A stretch of 64,000 nucleotides of DNA from Dehalococcoidia bacterium (GCA_034420475.1 DAOULH010000011.1:12762-76761); one strand, 5' to 3'. Positions 9,244-18,060 are shown, counted from the first letter of the stretch. Numbers and translations: made by a program. The notes: generated by a model not told the origin, from the letters alone.

Positions 9244-10464
9244 ATGGCCACTGAGCCCGCGATAAGTTCCTCAGACATTCTGAATGATCTCCGCGCCGGC
9301 GGACCTGAGACCAGTTGCGGCGATCTGCATGATACCGACTGGGCCTGGCAGGTGTATTGCCGTCAGCACGGAAAGCCGGAGGCAAATCCGCTGGAGGTGC
9401 GGGTCCTGGAGATCTCACGGGTTAGGGGCGGAACTGCCCGGGCGACGTATGAAGCGGAGTGGCCGGAAGACGTCTACATCCCCAACCAGCGGTTCACCCT
9501 GTTGCAGGAAGAAGTCGGGGAAGTTCGGGTCTTTCGTTTCCCTGATGATCCGGACCTGCCCGGGCTCGCCAGGGCCGCCAATCCCGAAACCGCGCTCACG
9601 CTCGTCAAGAAGCACGTGATGTCCATTCCTCCACGGAGGATAAGGGTGGAAGTGGTCCGGTATCGGCCGGGCAATCATGCGGTGCTGCGTCACCGGCTCG
9701 GCAAGGCCAGGTTCTACGCCCGCGTGATGAAGCCGCCCGCGATGGCCGCATTTTTGGACGCGGCCGAACTGGTGGCCCGCTCGAGTTTTTCGGTGCCCAG
9801 GATCGCCGGGCGCTGGCGCGAGGGGGCGGTGGTGTGGACGTCTGAAATACCGGGGCAAAACCTCCGGCAATACATCCGAGCCGGCAAACAGCTGAACCCC
9901 GACGCTCTGTTGGATGGCCTGGAGAGCCTATGGTCCGTTCCGGCGGAGGCAGGCAACGGTCGTCCCTTCAATCTGTCCGGCCGCTACCGCGGCGCTAAAC
10001 GGGAGATCAAAAACGCCGTGCGGGACCACGTTGAAGCCCGCTGGGAGTTTGACCGTGCGGTTGCGGCCCTGGATCCCTTCATCCGGTCCTGGCAGCCCAC
10101 GAGCACGGCCCACAATGACTTCTACGACGACCAGATGCTGGTATTACCGGATGGGCGCCTGGTGCTGGTGGACTTCGAGGAAACGGGCCCCGGGGATCCG
10201 ATGCTGGACGTGGGCAATTTCCTGGCCCATCTCCGGTGGAGCGCCATGACCGGCACCGAGAAGCGGGCGGCCATCAGGATGGAGTACCACGGAATCTTCA
10301 AAGACGCTGCCCTGGACCGCTTCGGCTGGGACGAGCATGAACTTGCCCGGCGCGAGGGTATCTGCCTGTTCCGGACGTGCATCTTTCCGGTGATACGGCC
10401 GAGACCGGACTGGGCGGAGAGACTGCAACGTGGCCTCGCCCTGGTAATTGAGGCGATAGGCTGA
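9244..10464 (+). CDS. APH/choline-kinase-fold phosphotransferase
   Basis: HNDFYDDQML (Brenner-like HxD loop) and LVDFEETGPGDPMLDVGNFLAHL. Starts 6 bp after the repeat-protein stop. Confidence 0.75.
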   Translation: MATEPAISSSDILNDLRAGGPETSCGDLHDTDWAWQVYCRQHGKPEANPLEVRVLEISRVRGGTARATYEAEWPEDVYIPNQRFTLLQEEVGEVRVFRFPDDPDLPGLARAANPETALTLVKKHVMSIPPRRIRVEVVRYRPGNHAVLRHRLGKARFYARVMKPPAMAAFLDAAELVARSSFSVPRIAGRWREGAVVWTSEIPGQNLRQYIRAGKQLNPDALLDGLESLWSVPAEAGNGRPFNLSGRYRGAKREIKNAVRDHVEARWEFDRAVAALDPFIRSWQPTSTAHNDFYDDQMLVLPDGRLVLVDFEETGPGDPMLDVGNFLAHLRWSAMTGTEKRAAIRMEYHGIFKDAALDRFGWDEHELARREGICLFRTCIFPVIRPRPDWAERLQRGLALVIEAIG

Positions 10465-10527
10465 AAGCAACACCCGGGCATTGCGCCGGGAACGGCTGCT
10501 CGGAATGCAGCGCGTAGCGGGTCGCGG

Positions 10528-11481
10528 CTAGTCGTTCGGGATTAGCGGCATCACCTCGCGGGAGAAGCGTTCCATGGCCTCCTGCTGCTGGGCGGCGCTG
10601 TCGGCGGGGAAGCTGAAGATGAAGTGCCGCACGCCCAGGTCCTGGTACTGGCGGAGGTCGGCGGCGATCTGCTCGGGGATGCCGGACACCATGCGACGGT
10701 CAGACTGCGGCGCGTCGTGGAAGACGCAGTCGGTGCTGAAGACCAGGTCCACGGCATCCTCGGCGCGGCCGGCGCGGGCGCTGACGCGGCGCAGGCGGGC
10801 GATCTTTTCGGCCAGTTCCTCGGGCTCGAGGATGGCCGGCGGACGCAGGCCGATGGGCATCCAGCCGTCGCCCAGGGTAGCGGCGCGGCGGATGGCCGGG
10901 TTGGTGTGGCCGCCGATCCAGATGGGCGGGTGCGGTTTCTGCACGGGCTTGGGCAGGAAGCCGGCGCCGCTGATGTCGTAGTGCTCGCCGTGGAACTCGG
11001 GGTTGTCGGAGGTCCAGAGTTCCTTGAAGATCTGGATGTACTCGTCGGTGACCTGGCCGCGCTGAGCGTAGGTGTCGAGGCCCATGGCCTGGAACTCCTC
11101 TTCCATCCAGCCGACGCCGGCGCCCAGGATCAGGCGGCCGCCGCTGAGCACGTCCAGGGTGGCCAGGATCTTGGCGGTGAGCACGGGGTTGCGGTAGGGG
11201 AGGATGAGCACGTGGGTGCCCAGCTTGACGCGGGTGGTGCAGCCGGCCAGGAAGTTCAGCGCGGCCAGGGGCTCGAAGTAGGTGTTGTCGCGCTGGAAGG
11301 GGGCCACGCCGTCGGCGGCGTAGGGATAGAAGGACGAGACCTCGTGGGGGATGATGATGTGGTCGCTGACCCAGACGTGGTCGAAGGACAGGTCCTCGGC
11401 GCGCTGGGCGAGGCTGCGCAGGTTATCGGGAGAGGCCATGGTGCCCCGGCTGGGCAGGGAGCATCCAAAGGTGACGGGCAT
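10528..11481 (-). CDS. LLM-class, probably F420-dependent oxidoreductase (Rv2161c/TIGR03619-like)
   Basis: Likely start ATG 11481 (MPVTFGCSLP). HVWVSDHII, FEPLAALNFLAGCT, ATLDVLSGGRLILGAGVGW, PIWIGG. Confidence 0.85.
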   Translation of the reverse strand: MPVTFGCSLPSRGTMASPDNLRSLAQRAEDLSFDHVWVSDHIIIPHEVSSFYPYAADGVAPFQRDNTYFEPLAALNFLAGCTTRVKLGTHVLILPYRNPVLTAKILATLDVLSGGRLILGAGVGWMEEEFQAMGLDTYAQRGQVTDEYIQIFKELWTSDNPEFHGEHYDISGAGFLPKPVQKPHPPIWIGGHTNPAIRRAATLGDGWMPIGLRPPAILEPEELAEKIARLRRVSARAGRAEDAVDLVFSTDCVFHDAPQSDRRMVSGIPEQIAADLRQYQDLGVRHFIFSFPADSAAQQQEAMERFSREVMPLIPND

Positions 11482-11593
11482 GGGATTTGCCTCCGTGGTG
11501 GTATGCGAGGTCAGGTTCGGCTGGCTGAATTGGGCCGATGCTATACTACCCAATACCGTACCCGCAACCGCGCTGCGATTGCCGAGAAAGCCA

Positions 11594-12046
11594 ATGCCGC
11601 CCCGAATCCGACGCGAGGCTCCGACCCGACGTGATGCCCGCATCCACAAACATCTGGCCCAGGCCAAAGAATATTGGATCAACGCGCCCCTGGAATTGTC
11701 CCGAGGAGACGTCTGCCAAGCCGGCGAGAAGGGTTGGGGCGCTGTCGCCCAATTGACCAAAGCGGTGGCTGCGCTGCGCGGCTGGGATCACTACGACCAC
11801 GTGGCAGTGCTGGAAGCAATCACCGCGCTGGCCGGGGAACTGCCGGAGCAGGCGGAGCGCATCTACCGCGGCAAGGGCGCGGCGGAAAGGTTGCACGGCA
11901 ACTTTTACGAAGTGTACATGACTGCTGACGAAGCGGTGTTCGCATTGGCCGATGCCCGCCCGCTCCTCGGAATTCTCTGGGGTCTGCTGCCCGTCGAGTA
12001 CACGGGAGGGGCAGGTTTCGCCGAATGGGTTGAGAGGGAAGAATAA
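11594..12046 (+). CDS. PaREP1-like (HEPN-fold) protein, tandem copy 1
   Basis: Likely start ATG 11594. GDVCQAGEKGWGAVAQLTKAVA..RGW.H..H and AERLHGNFYE motifs. Confidence 0.7.
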   Translation: MPPRIRREAPTRRDARIHKHLAQAKEYWINAPLELSRGDVCQAGEKGWGAVAQLTKAVAALRGWDHYDHVAVLEAITALAGELPEQAERIYRGKGAAERLHGNFYEVYMTADEAVFALADARPLLGILWGLLPVEYTGGAGFAEWVEREE

Positions 12047-12048
12047 CC

Positions 12049-12501
12049 ATGCCGCCCCGAACCCGTCGCGAAACGCCAACCCGCCGGGATGCCCGCATTC
12101 GCAAGCACTTGCCGAAGGCCAAAGAATATTGGTCTAAATGGCCGGCGTATCTGGCCGAGGGCGATCTTTGCCAGGCCGGCGAAAAGGGTTGGGGAGCCGT
12201 GGCTCAACTGGCCAAAGCGGTGGCGACCCACCGAGGATGGAACCATTTCGGCCACGAAGAGATCCGGGTCGTCATTCGCCAACTCGCCGACGAATCCAAT
12301 AACCGTGAAGCCATCAGGCGGTCTTTGATGTACGCCGAAGTGCTGCACGGCAATTTTTATGAAATCAATCTGGATCAGGTGGACACAGAGTTGGCGCTGA
12401 CGGATGCGAAGTTCCTGATGTCAGTGTTGTGGAACCTTCTGCCGCAGGAGTACACGGACGGGATGTCGTTTGACGATTGGATTACATCCGGTGACAATTG
12501 A
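12049..12501 (+). CDS. PaREP1-like (HEPN-fold) protein, tandem copy 2
   Basis: GDLCQAGEKGWGAVAQLAKAVATHRGWNHFGH and AEVLHGNFYE. Confidence 0.7.
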   Translation: MPPRTRRETPTRRDARIRKHLPKAKEYWSKWPAYLAEGDLCQAGEKGWGAVAQLAKAVATHRGWNHFGHEEIRVVIRQLADESNNREAIRRSLMYAEVLHGNFYEINLDQVDTELALTDAKFLMSVLWNLLPQEYTDGMSFDDWITSGDN

Positions 12502-12504
12502 AGC

Positions 12505-13647
12505 ATGAGCGCATTTTCCAGCCATACCATTCCCAACCGCGTTGTCGTCGCCATGAGCGGCGGCGTCGACTCTTCCGTGGCCGCGCTGCTGCTGCACCGG
12601 CAGGGCTGCGACGTCATCGGCGTGACGATGAAGCTGTACGACATCGACCAGGCGGACCTGCCGGAGTACTACCGGGGCTGCTGCACGCTGGACGACGTGG
12701 AAGACGCCCGCGCCGTCTGCCGCATCCTGGGCGTGCCTCACTATGTGCTGAACGTGCAGCGGGAGTTCCGCGCCTTCGTCATCGACTATTTCCGCCGGGA
12801 GTACGAGAACGGGCGGACGCCTCACCCGTGCATTGCCTGCAACGACAAGATCAAGTTCAGCTTCCTGGCCCAGCGCGCCCGGATGCTCCAGGCGTCACAC
12901 GTCGCCACCGGCCACTACGCGCGCATCGAGGCTGACGCGGCCGGCGGGTGGGCGCTCAAGCGCGGCGTGGACGCGGACAAGGACCAATCCTACGTGCTGT
13001 TCGGGATGCGGCAGGAGCAGTTGGCGGCTACCCTCATGCCCGTGGGTCACTACCCGAAGTCGGAGATCCGCCGCCTGGCAATGGAGGCCGGGTTCCCCAA
13101 CGCGGACAAGCCGGACAGCCAGGACATCTGCTTCATCCCCACCGGCGACTACCGGGAGTTCCTGCGGGAGCGCACCGACGAGCGCCCTGGCGACATCGTG
13201 GACGCCGACGGCAACGTGCTGGGGGCTCACCAGGGCATCCAGTACTTCACCGTGGGCCAGCGCCGCGGCCTGGGCCTGTCCGGTGGTCCGCCGCGTTTCG
13301 TGATCCGGCTGGAACCGGATACACGCCAGGTGGTGGTAGGCTCCGAAACGGACCTGTACCGGGACACGCTGTACGCTGATCCGGTATCGTGGGTTTCCGC
13401 TGTTCCCCCGGTCGGGCCGGTGGATGTGACCGTCAAGATACGCTACAAGTTCGCGGAGGCGCCGGCCACTGTTACCGCCATCGGTGACGGCGCGCTGGTT
13501 CGGTTCCGGGAACCGCAGCGGGCGATCACCCCGGGGCAGGCGGCGGTGTTCTACCAGGGCGATACCGTCCTGGGCGGCGGCCCCATCGCCGGCCACGAAC
13601 CGGCGACGCATACCGAAATCGCGGACGCCGCGCTGGTCAATGCCTGA
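12505..13647 (+). CDS. mnmA: tRNA 2-thiouridine(34) synthase MnmA
   Basis: AMSGGVDSS PP-loop, TPHPCIACN, ATGHYAR, KDQSYVL, KPDSQDICFI, AITPGQAAVFY. Confidence 0.97.
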   Translation: MSAFSSHTIPNRVVVAMSGGVDSSVAALLLHRQGCDVIGVTMKLYDIDQADLPEYYRGCCTLDDVEDARAVCRILGVPHYVLNVQREFRAFVIDYFRREYENGRTPHPCIACNDKIKFSFLAQRARMLQASHVATGHYARIEADAAGGWALKRGVDADKDQSYVLFGMRQEQLAATLMPVGHYPKSEIRRLAMEAGFPNADKPDSQDICFIPTGDYREFLRERTDERPGDIVDADGNVLGAHQGIQYFTVGQRRGLGLSGGPPRFVIRLEPDTRQVVVGSETDLYRDTLYADPVSWVSAVPPVGPVDVTVKIRYKFAEAPATVTAIGDGALVRFREPQRAITPGQAAVFYQGDTVLGGGPIAGHEPATHTEIADAALVNA

Positions 13648-14281
13648 CCTGTCCCTGGAAACGGACTTCCGTGTCCAGGGCCATCGTCTGATCGCCGGCG
13701 TGGACGAGGCCGGGCGCGGGCCGCTGGCCGGGCCGGTGGCAGCCGCCGCCGTCATCCTGCCTCCGGACCTGAGGGGCGATGAGCCGTGGCTGGCGGCAAT
13801 CGACGACAGCAAGCGGCTTTCGGAGCGGCGGCGCACGGAGGCCGCAGCATTGATACGAGAGAACTCCCTGGCTTGCGCGGTGGAACTGATCTCACCCGAG
13901 ATAATCGACCACATCGGCATCGGCCAGGCCGTGATCAGAGCGATGTTGACGGCGGTGGACCGTCTGCGACCGGCCCCCCACGCCCTGCTGATGGACTGGG
14001 TGCCCATCAAGGAGTGCCCGCTGCCGCATCGGACTGTGGTCAAGGGGGATGCGAAGTCGCTGTCCATAGCGGCGGCCAGCATCCTGGCGAAGGTGGCCCG
14101 CGATGAGTTGATGGTTCGCGCAGAGGGCTGCTACCCGGGATACGGGTTCGCCAAGCATAAGGGCTATGCCACGCGCGCGCACCTGCGCAGCCTGTCTGAA
14201 CTGGGGCCGAGCCCCATACACCGACGTTCCTTCAGCCCGTTGCGACAGGGCCGGCTGCTCTCCGATGCCGACGCCCGATGA
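13640..14281 (+). CDS. rnhB: Ribonuclease HII
   Basis: Start ATG 13640 overlapping the mnmA stop. AGVDEAGRGPLAGPV, DDSKRLS, VKGDAKSLSIAAASILAKVARD, HKGY, IHRRSF. Confidence 0.95.
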   Translation: MPDLSLETDFRVQGHRLIAGVDEAGRGPLAGPVAAAAVILPPDLRGDEPWLAAIDDSKRLSERRRTEAAALIRENSLACAVELISPEIIDHIGIGQAVIRAMLTAVDRLRPAPHALLMDWVPIKECPLPHRTVVKGDAKSLSIAAASILAKVARDELMVRAEGCYPGYGFAKHKGYATRAHLRSLSELGPSPIHRRSFSPLRQGRLLSDADAR

Positions 14282-14669
14282 CCCCCGGGAGGCTTCCGCA
14301 CTCTCCTCGCGCCGGATTGGCAAAATCGGCGAGGAGTTGGCGCGGCATCACCTTGAGGCCAGGGGGTACTGCGTCGTTGCGACCAACTACCGCTGCCGGT
14401 GGGGCGAGATCGACCTGGTAGCCCGCGAGGGGCGGGAGTGGGTTTTCGTCGAGGTGCGCACGCGCCGGAGCGGCGCCTACGGCTCGCCCGAGGAGTCGCT
14501 GACCCAGACCAAAGCATACCGCCTCATCCTGGCGGCGCAGGACTTTCTGTTGCGTCATGCAGAAGCCGATGCGGACCCGGAGTGGCGCATCGACCTGGTG
14601 GCCGTTCGTTTGGGCGCGGGTCGGAGGGTGATCAGCATCCAGCACCTGACCAGCGTGGTTTCGGAATAG
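14265..14669 (+). CDS. yraN: YraN family (UPF0102) protein
   Basis: GKIGEELA, NYRCRWGEIDLVA, FVEVRTR; follows rnhB as is common. Confidence 0.9.
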   Translation: MPTPDDPREASALSSRRIGKIGEELARHHLEARGYCVVATNYRCRWGEIDLVAREGREWVFVEVRTRRSGAYGSPEESLTQTKAYRLILAAQDFLLRHAEADADPEWRIDLVAVRLGAGRRVISIQHLTSVVSE

Positions 14670-14751
14670 CGGCCGACCACGGCTGCAATCCTGCCAGTCT
14701 CCACCGTGTGATTTGTCGAGCCGGAGGCCCACTATGACAACCAAACCCGCT

Positions 14752-14776
14752 GCTCATGGTGAGCCTGTCGAACCAT
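14752..14776. repeat. Half copy of a GTGAGCCTGTCGAACC-type REP-like element
   Basis: GCTCATGGTGAGCCTGTCGAACCAT matches a widespread intergenic palindrome family recalled from general knowledge; single copy in this window. Confidence 0.4.
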
Positions 14777-14779
14777 CAA

Positions 14780-15028
14780 CCACCGCGACGAACATACTTC
14801 TACAAGCTCATAACGAGCGGAAAAGGGTCAGGCGGTGATTTTGCAATCATCCTGGGCCGGACACCAGGACCTTTCCAAAGTCCTTACCCCCGGCGATCAA
14901 TCGTCAGAGTCAGGACGTGTATGCGCAAGCTGCTCACCATCGGCAACGCCATCGTCAAATCCAACACCCCTGGCAAAACCCTGGTGCTGCCGCTGCCGCC
15001 TGACTCCTTGACCTTCAAGACAGTTGCT
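14780..15028 (+). pseudogene. Degenerate 3' remnant of an IS110-family transposase
   Basis: Translation RTYFYKLITSGKG...TCMRKLLTIGNAIVKSNTP resembles the IS110 C-terminus (RAFYxRLxxxGK...ACMRKLLTILNAMVK..TPW). No N-terminal DEDD domain present. Confidence 0.55.
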
Positions 15029-15140
15029 GATTCTGACGTTCCCTCGTCGCAAACCGGGTCGCCGCAAACCGGGTCCGTATGGGGGCCTGGTCCTTTCTGG
15101 GCTGTACCCGTCTGACGCTCACGCCGCTTTGCCTGCGGTC

Positions 15141-15149
15141 TGTTATACT
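15141..15149 (+). promoter_or_regulatory. Extended -10 promoter for aprA
   Basis: TG-T-TATACT about 95 bp upstream of the aprA ATG; GAGGAG RBS precedes the ATG. Confidence 0.5.
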
Positions 15150-15242
15150 GCCCGTCGCCGCTTTCGGGCCGGGCGCAGGTTTGCCACCGCCTCGGTCCGC
15201 ATCGCATGTACATAGATCACCACAGAGGAGACCGATCTCAAG

Positions 15243-17102
15243 ATGGCTGAACCAACTACCCGCATCGTTGAAAGCGACGTCCTGATCATCGGCGGCGGCA
15301 TGTCCGGCTGCGGCGCGGCAATCGAGGCTCGCTATTGGGGCGGCGACGACCTGCGCATCGTCATGGTGGACAAAGCCGCCACCGACCGCAGCGGAGCCGT
15401 AGGCGAGGGTCTGTCCGCCATCAACATGTACATGGGGATGCGCCACGGCTGGAACCAGCCGGAAGACTACGTCGAGTACGTCCGCAACGACATGATGGGT
15501 ATCTCCCGCGAGGACCTGGTGTACGATGTGGCCCGCCACGTTGACAGCAGCGTCCACATGTTCGAGGAGTGGGGCCTCCCCTTCTGGTACGACGACGAAG
15601 GGCTGTACGTCCGCGAGGGCCGCTGGCAGGTTATGATCCACGGCGAGGCCTACAAGCCCATCGTGTCCGAGGCAACCAAGAAAGTCATCGGACCCGAAGA
15701 CCACTTCGAGCGGGTGTTCATCTCCCACCTTTTCACCGACGCCGACGACTCGAACCGGATCGCCGGGGCAGTCGGCTTCGGCGTCCGCGAGGACGTGATC
15801 TACATCTTCAAGGCGCGCTCGGTCATCAGCGCCGCCGGCGGCGCCACCGCCCTGTTCCGTCCCCGCAGCGTCGGTGAGGGGATGGGCCGCACCTGGTACT
15901 CCATCTTCGACACCGGCTCAGTGTATGGACTGGTGATCCCGGTGGGGGCAGAGATGACCCAGATGGAGCACCGCTTCGTCCCCAGCCGTTTCAAGGACTC
16001 CTACGGACCGGTGGGCGCATGGTCCCAGCTCTTCCGCGCCGACCTGACCAACGCCGCCGGCGACAACTACTTCATCAACCGGCTGCCCGAGCTCAAGAAG
16101 TACGACCCCTACGGATCCGCGTTCCCCACCCCCACGCCGCTGCGCAACCACCTGCTCTGGACGGAGATCCAGGCCGGCAACGGCCCCATCCAGCTGAAAA
16201 CCCCGGAGGCCATCGACGCGTTGGCCGCCGGCGACGAGGAACGCAAGCGGGAGATCATCGTCGAAGCGTGGGAAGACTTCCTGGACATGACCATCTCCCA
16301 GGCCATCCTCTGGGCGGCGCACAACATCGCCCCCGAAGAACGTCCTTCGGAGGTCGTGCTGGCCGAGCCGTACATCATGGGCAGCCACAGCGGTGAGTCC
16401 GGCGCGTGGGTCAGCGGTCCCGAGGACGTTGCGCCCGACGGATACCACTGGGGCTACAACAAGATGACCACCGTGCAGGGTCTGTTTGCCGCCGGCGACG
16501 GCGTCGGAGCCTGCCCGCACAAGTTCTCGTCCGGTTCGTTCACCGAGGGACGACTGGCCGGGAAGTCTGCCGTGATCTACGCCATGGACCACCCAAACCA
16601 GCCCAGGACCGACGACCGCCAGATCGACGAGCTCAAGCGGCAGGTCTGGGCGCCGATGGTCACCTTCGAGGAGAACCAGTACGCTTCCTCCAACCCCGAG
16701 GTGAACCCCAACTACCTGCTGCCCAGGCAAGGCCTGTTCCGCCTGCAAAAGCTGATGGACGAGTACGTGGCCGGCGTATCCGCTGGGTTCACCACCAATG
16801 AGAACACCATGCTGCGCGGCTTGGAGCTCCTGGGCATGTTCCGGGAAGACCTGGAGAAGCTGGGCGCCCGCAACCGCCACGAACTGCTGCGCTGCCACGA
16901 GCTCATCCACCGCGCCTGGGTCGGCGAGGCCCACCTGCGCCACATGCTGCACCGCAAGGAAACCCGTTGGCCGGGCTTCTACTACCGCAGCGACTACCCC
17001 GAAATGGACGAGGGCAGCTGGAAGGTGTTCGTCAACTCCCGCTACGACGCCGAAAAGGGCGAGTGGAGCGTGTTCACCCGCGACTGCCCGCAGGTGTTTT
17101 AG
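15243..17102 (+). CDS. aprA: Adenylylsulfate (APS) reductase alpha subunit
   Basis: DVLIIGGGMSGCG, DKAATDRSGAVGEGLSAIN, VREGRWQVMIHGE, RFKDSYGPVGAW, EPYIMGSHSG, HKFSSGSFTEGR, ETRWPGFYYRSDYP, FVNSRYD. Confidence 0.93.
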   Translation: MAEPTTRIVESDVLIIGGGMSGCGAAIEARYWGGDDLRIVMVDKAATDRSGAVGEGLSAINMYMGMRHGWNQPEDYVEYVRNDMMGISREDLVYDVARHVDSSVHMFEEWGLPFWYDDEGLYVREGRWQVMIHGEAYKPIVSEATKKVIGPEDHFERVFISHLFTDADDSNRIAGAVGFGVREDVIYIFKARSVISAAGGATALFRPRSVGEGMGRTWYSIFDTGSVYGLVIPVGAEMTQMEHRFVPSRFKDSYGPVGAWSQLFRADLTNAAGDNYFINRLPELKKYDPYGSAFPTPTPLRNHLLWTEIQAGNGPIQLKTPEAIDALAAGDEERKREIIVEAWEDFLDMTISQAILWAAHNIAPEERPSEVVLAEPYIMGSHSGESGAWVSGPEDVAPDGYHWGYNKMTTVQGLFAAGDGVGACPHKFSSGSFTEGRLAGKSAVIYAMDHPNQPRTDDRQIDELKRQVWAPMVTFEENQYASSNPEVNPNYLLPRQGLFRLQKLMDEYVAGVSAGFTTNENTMLRGLELLGMFREDLEKLGARNRHELLRCHELIHRAWVGEAHLRHMLHRKETRWPGFYYRSDYPEMDEGSWKVFVNSRYDAEKGEWSVFTRDCPQVF

Positions 17103-17103
17103 T

Positions 17104-17706
17104 GTGACTGCTGAAGCGCCAACTCCTGACCCGGTAGGCCAGCTGGAACGGGTTACCCATCGCACCAAAGCAGTGGCCAGCGGCGTAACCCAGGCTCAGG
17201 CTGCGGACGCGACGCCCTGCTCCCAGTGGAGCGTGCTGGATTTGTTCAACCACCTCATCGGCGGGCTGGAGTTCACCGCCGGCTGCATCACCGGCGACGT
17301 GCCCGACATTCGCCCCAACGAGGCCGAGAGCAGTTATCAGGGCGAAACCGACATTGCCGTTCTGATCCGGGCCTACCACGCCGCAGTTGATCGCGCGCTG
17401 GAACTCGCCGCCAACCCCGACGCCCTGGAGCGGACGGCAATGACCCCCTTCGGCGAGATGCCGGTAGCGCGCATTATGATGGGCACGGTGCTGGATCAAC
17501 TTGTCCACTGTTGGGATCTGGCCCGGGCCACCGGGCAGGACACTACCCTGGACGGCGAGATGGTCGAGTTCGCCTACGGGATGCTGGTGTCCGGCGGCTT
17601 TGCCGATATGGGCCGGCAGGCCGGCTTTGTCGGCGCCGCGGTCGCCGTGCCTGATTCCGCCAGCACGCAGGATAAGATGATCGGCTACATGGGCCGACAG
17701 CCCTAG
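17104..17706 (+). CDS. TIGR03086/MDMPI-like (DinB superfamily) metal-binding protein
   Basis: GTG start 17104. TPCSQWSVLDLFNHL and DQLVHCWDLARATGQ. Confidence 0.8.
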   Translation: MTAEAPTPDPVGQLERVTHRTKAVASGVTQAQAADATPCSQWSVLDLFNHLIGGLEFTAGCITGDVPDIRPNEAESSYQGETDIAVLIRAYHAAVDRALELAANPDALERTAMTPFGEMPVARIMMGTVLDQLVHCWDLARATGQDTTLDGEMVEFAYGMLVSGGFADMGRQAGFVGAAVAVPDSASTQDKMIGYMGRQP

Positions 17707-17718
17707 CCGAAAGCGGCC

Positions 17719-18048
17719 ATGGCCTACGACGAATCGCTGGCCGCCCGGGTCAAGGAAACTCTTTCCGGACACCCTGATATTGCCGAGCGCAAGATGTTCG
17801 GAGGCTTGGCGTTCATGCTGGCCGGCAATATGTGCTGCTGCGTGACCGACCAGGGTTTGATGGTACGAGTTGGACCGGAGGGCTACGAGGAAGCGTTGGC
17901 CCTGCCCCACGCCGGCGTCATGTCCATGACCGGTCGACCGATGCGCGGCTGGGTGCTGGTGCAACCGGCAGGACTGGAGTCAGACGCCGGCTTGAACCAG
18001 TGGGTAGGACGAGGCGCCGAGTTCGCCGCTACCCTGCCGGCGAAATAG
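17719..18048 (+). CDS. TfoX/Sxy N-terminal domain protein
   Basis: MAYDESLAARV, ERKMFGGLAFML.GNM, LMVRVG, RPMRGWV.V. Confidence 0.85.
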   Translation: MAYDESLAARVKETLSGHPDIAERKMFGGLAFMLAGNMCCCVTDQGLMVRVGPEGYEEALALPHAGVMSMTGRPMRGWVLVQPAGLESDAGLNQWVGRGAEFAATLPAK

Positions 18049-18060
18049 CATGTCCGGGTG

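Noticed and set aside
7861-9418. Antisense ORFs with Val/Ser-rich (SLSVVSTP) or Cys-rich repeats over the repeat gene
   Set aside because: They are mirror translations of the plus-strand TDNDG repeat. Synonymous third-position variation and the signal peptide support only the plus frame.
15048-15075. 13-bp direct repeat CGCAAACCGGGTC x2
   Set aside because: Short tandem duplication in a decaying spacer, with no supporting context.
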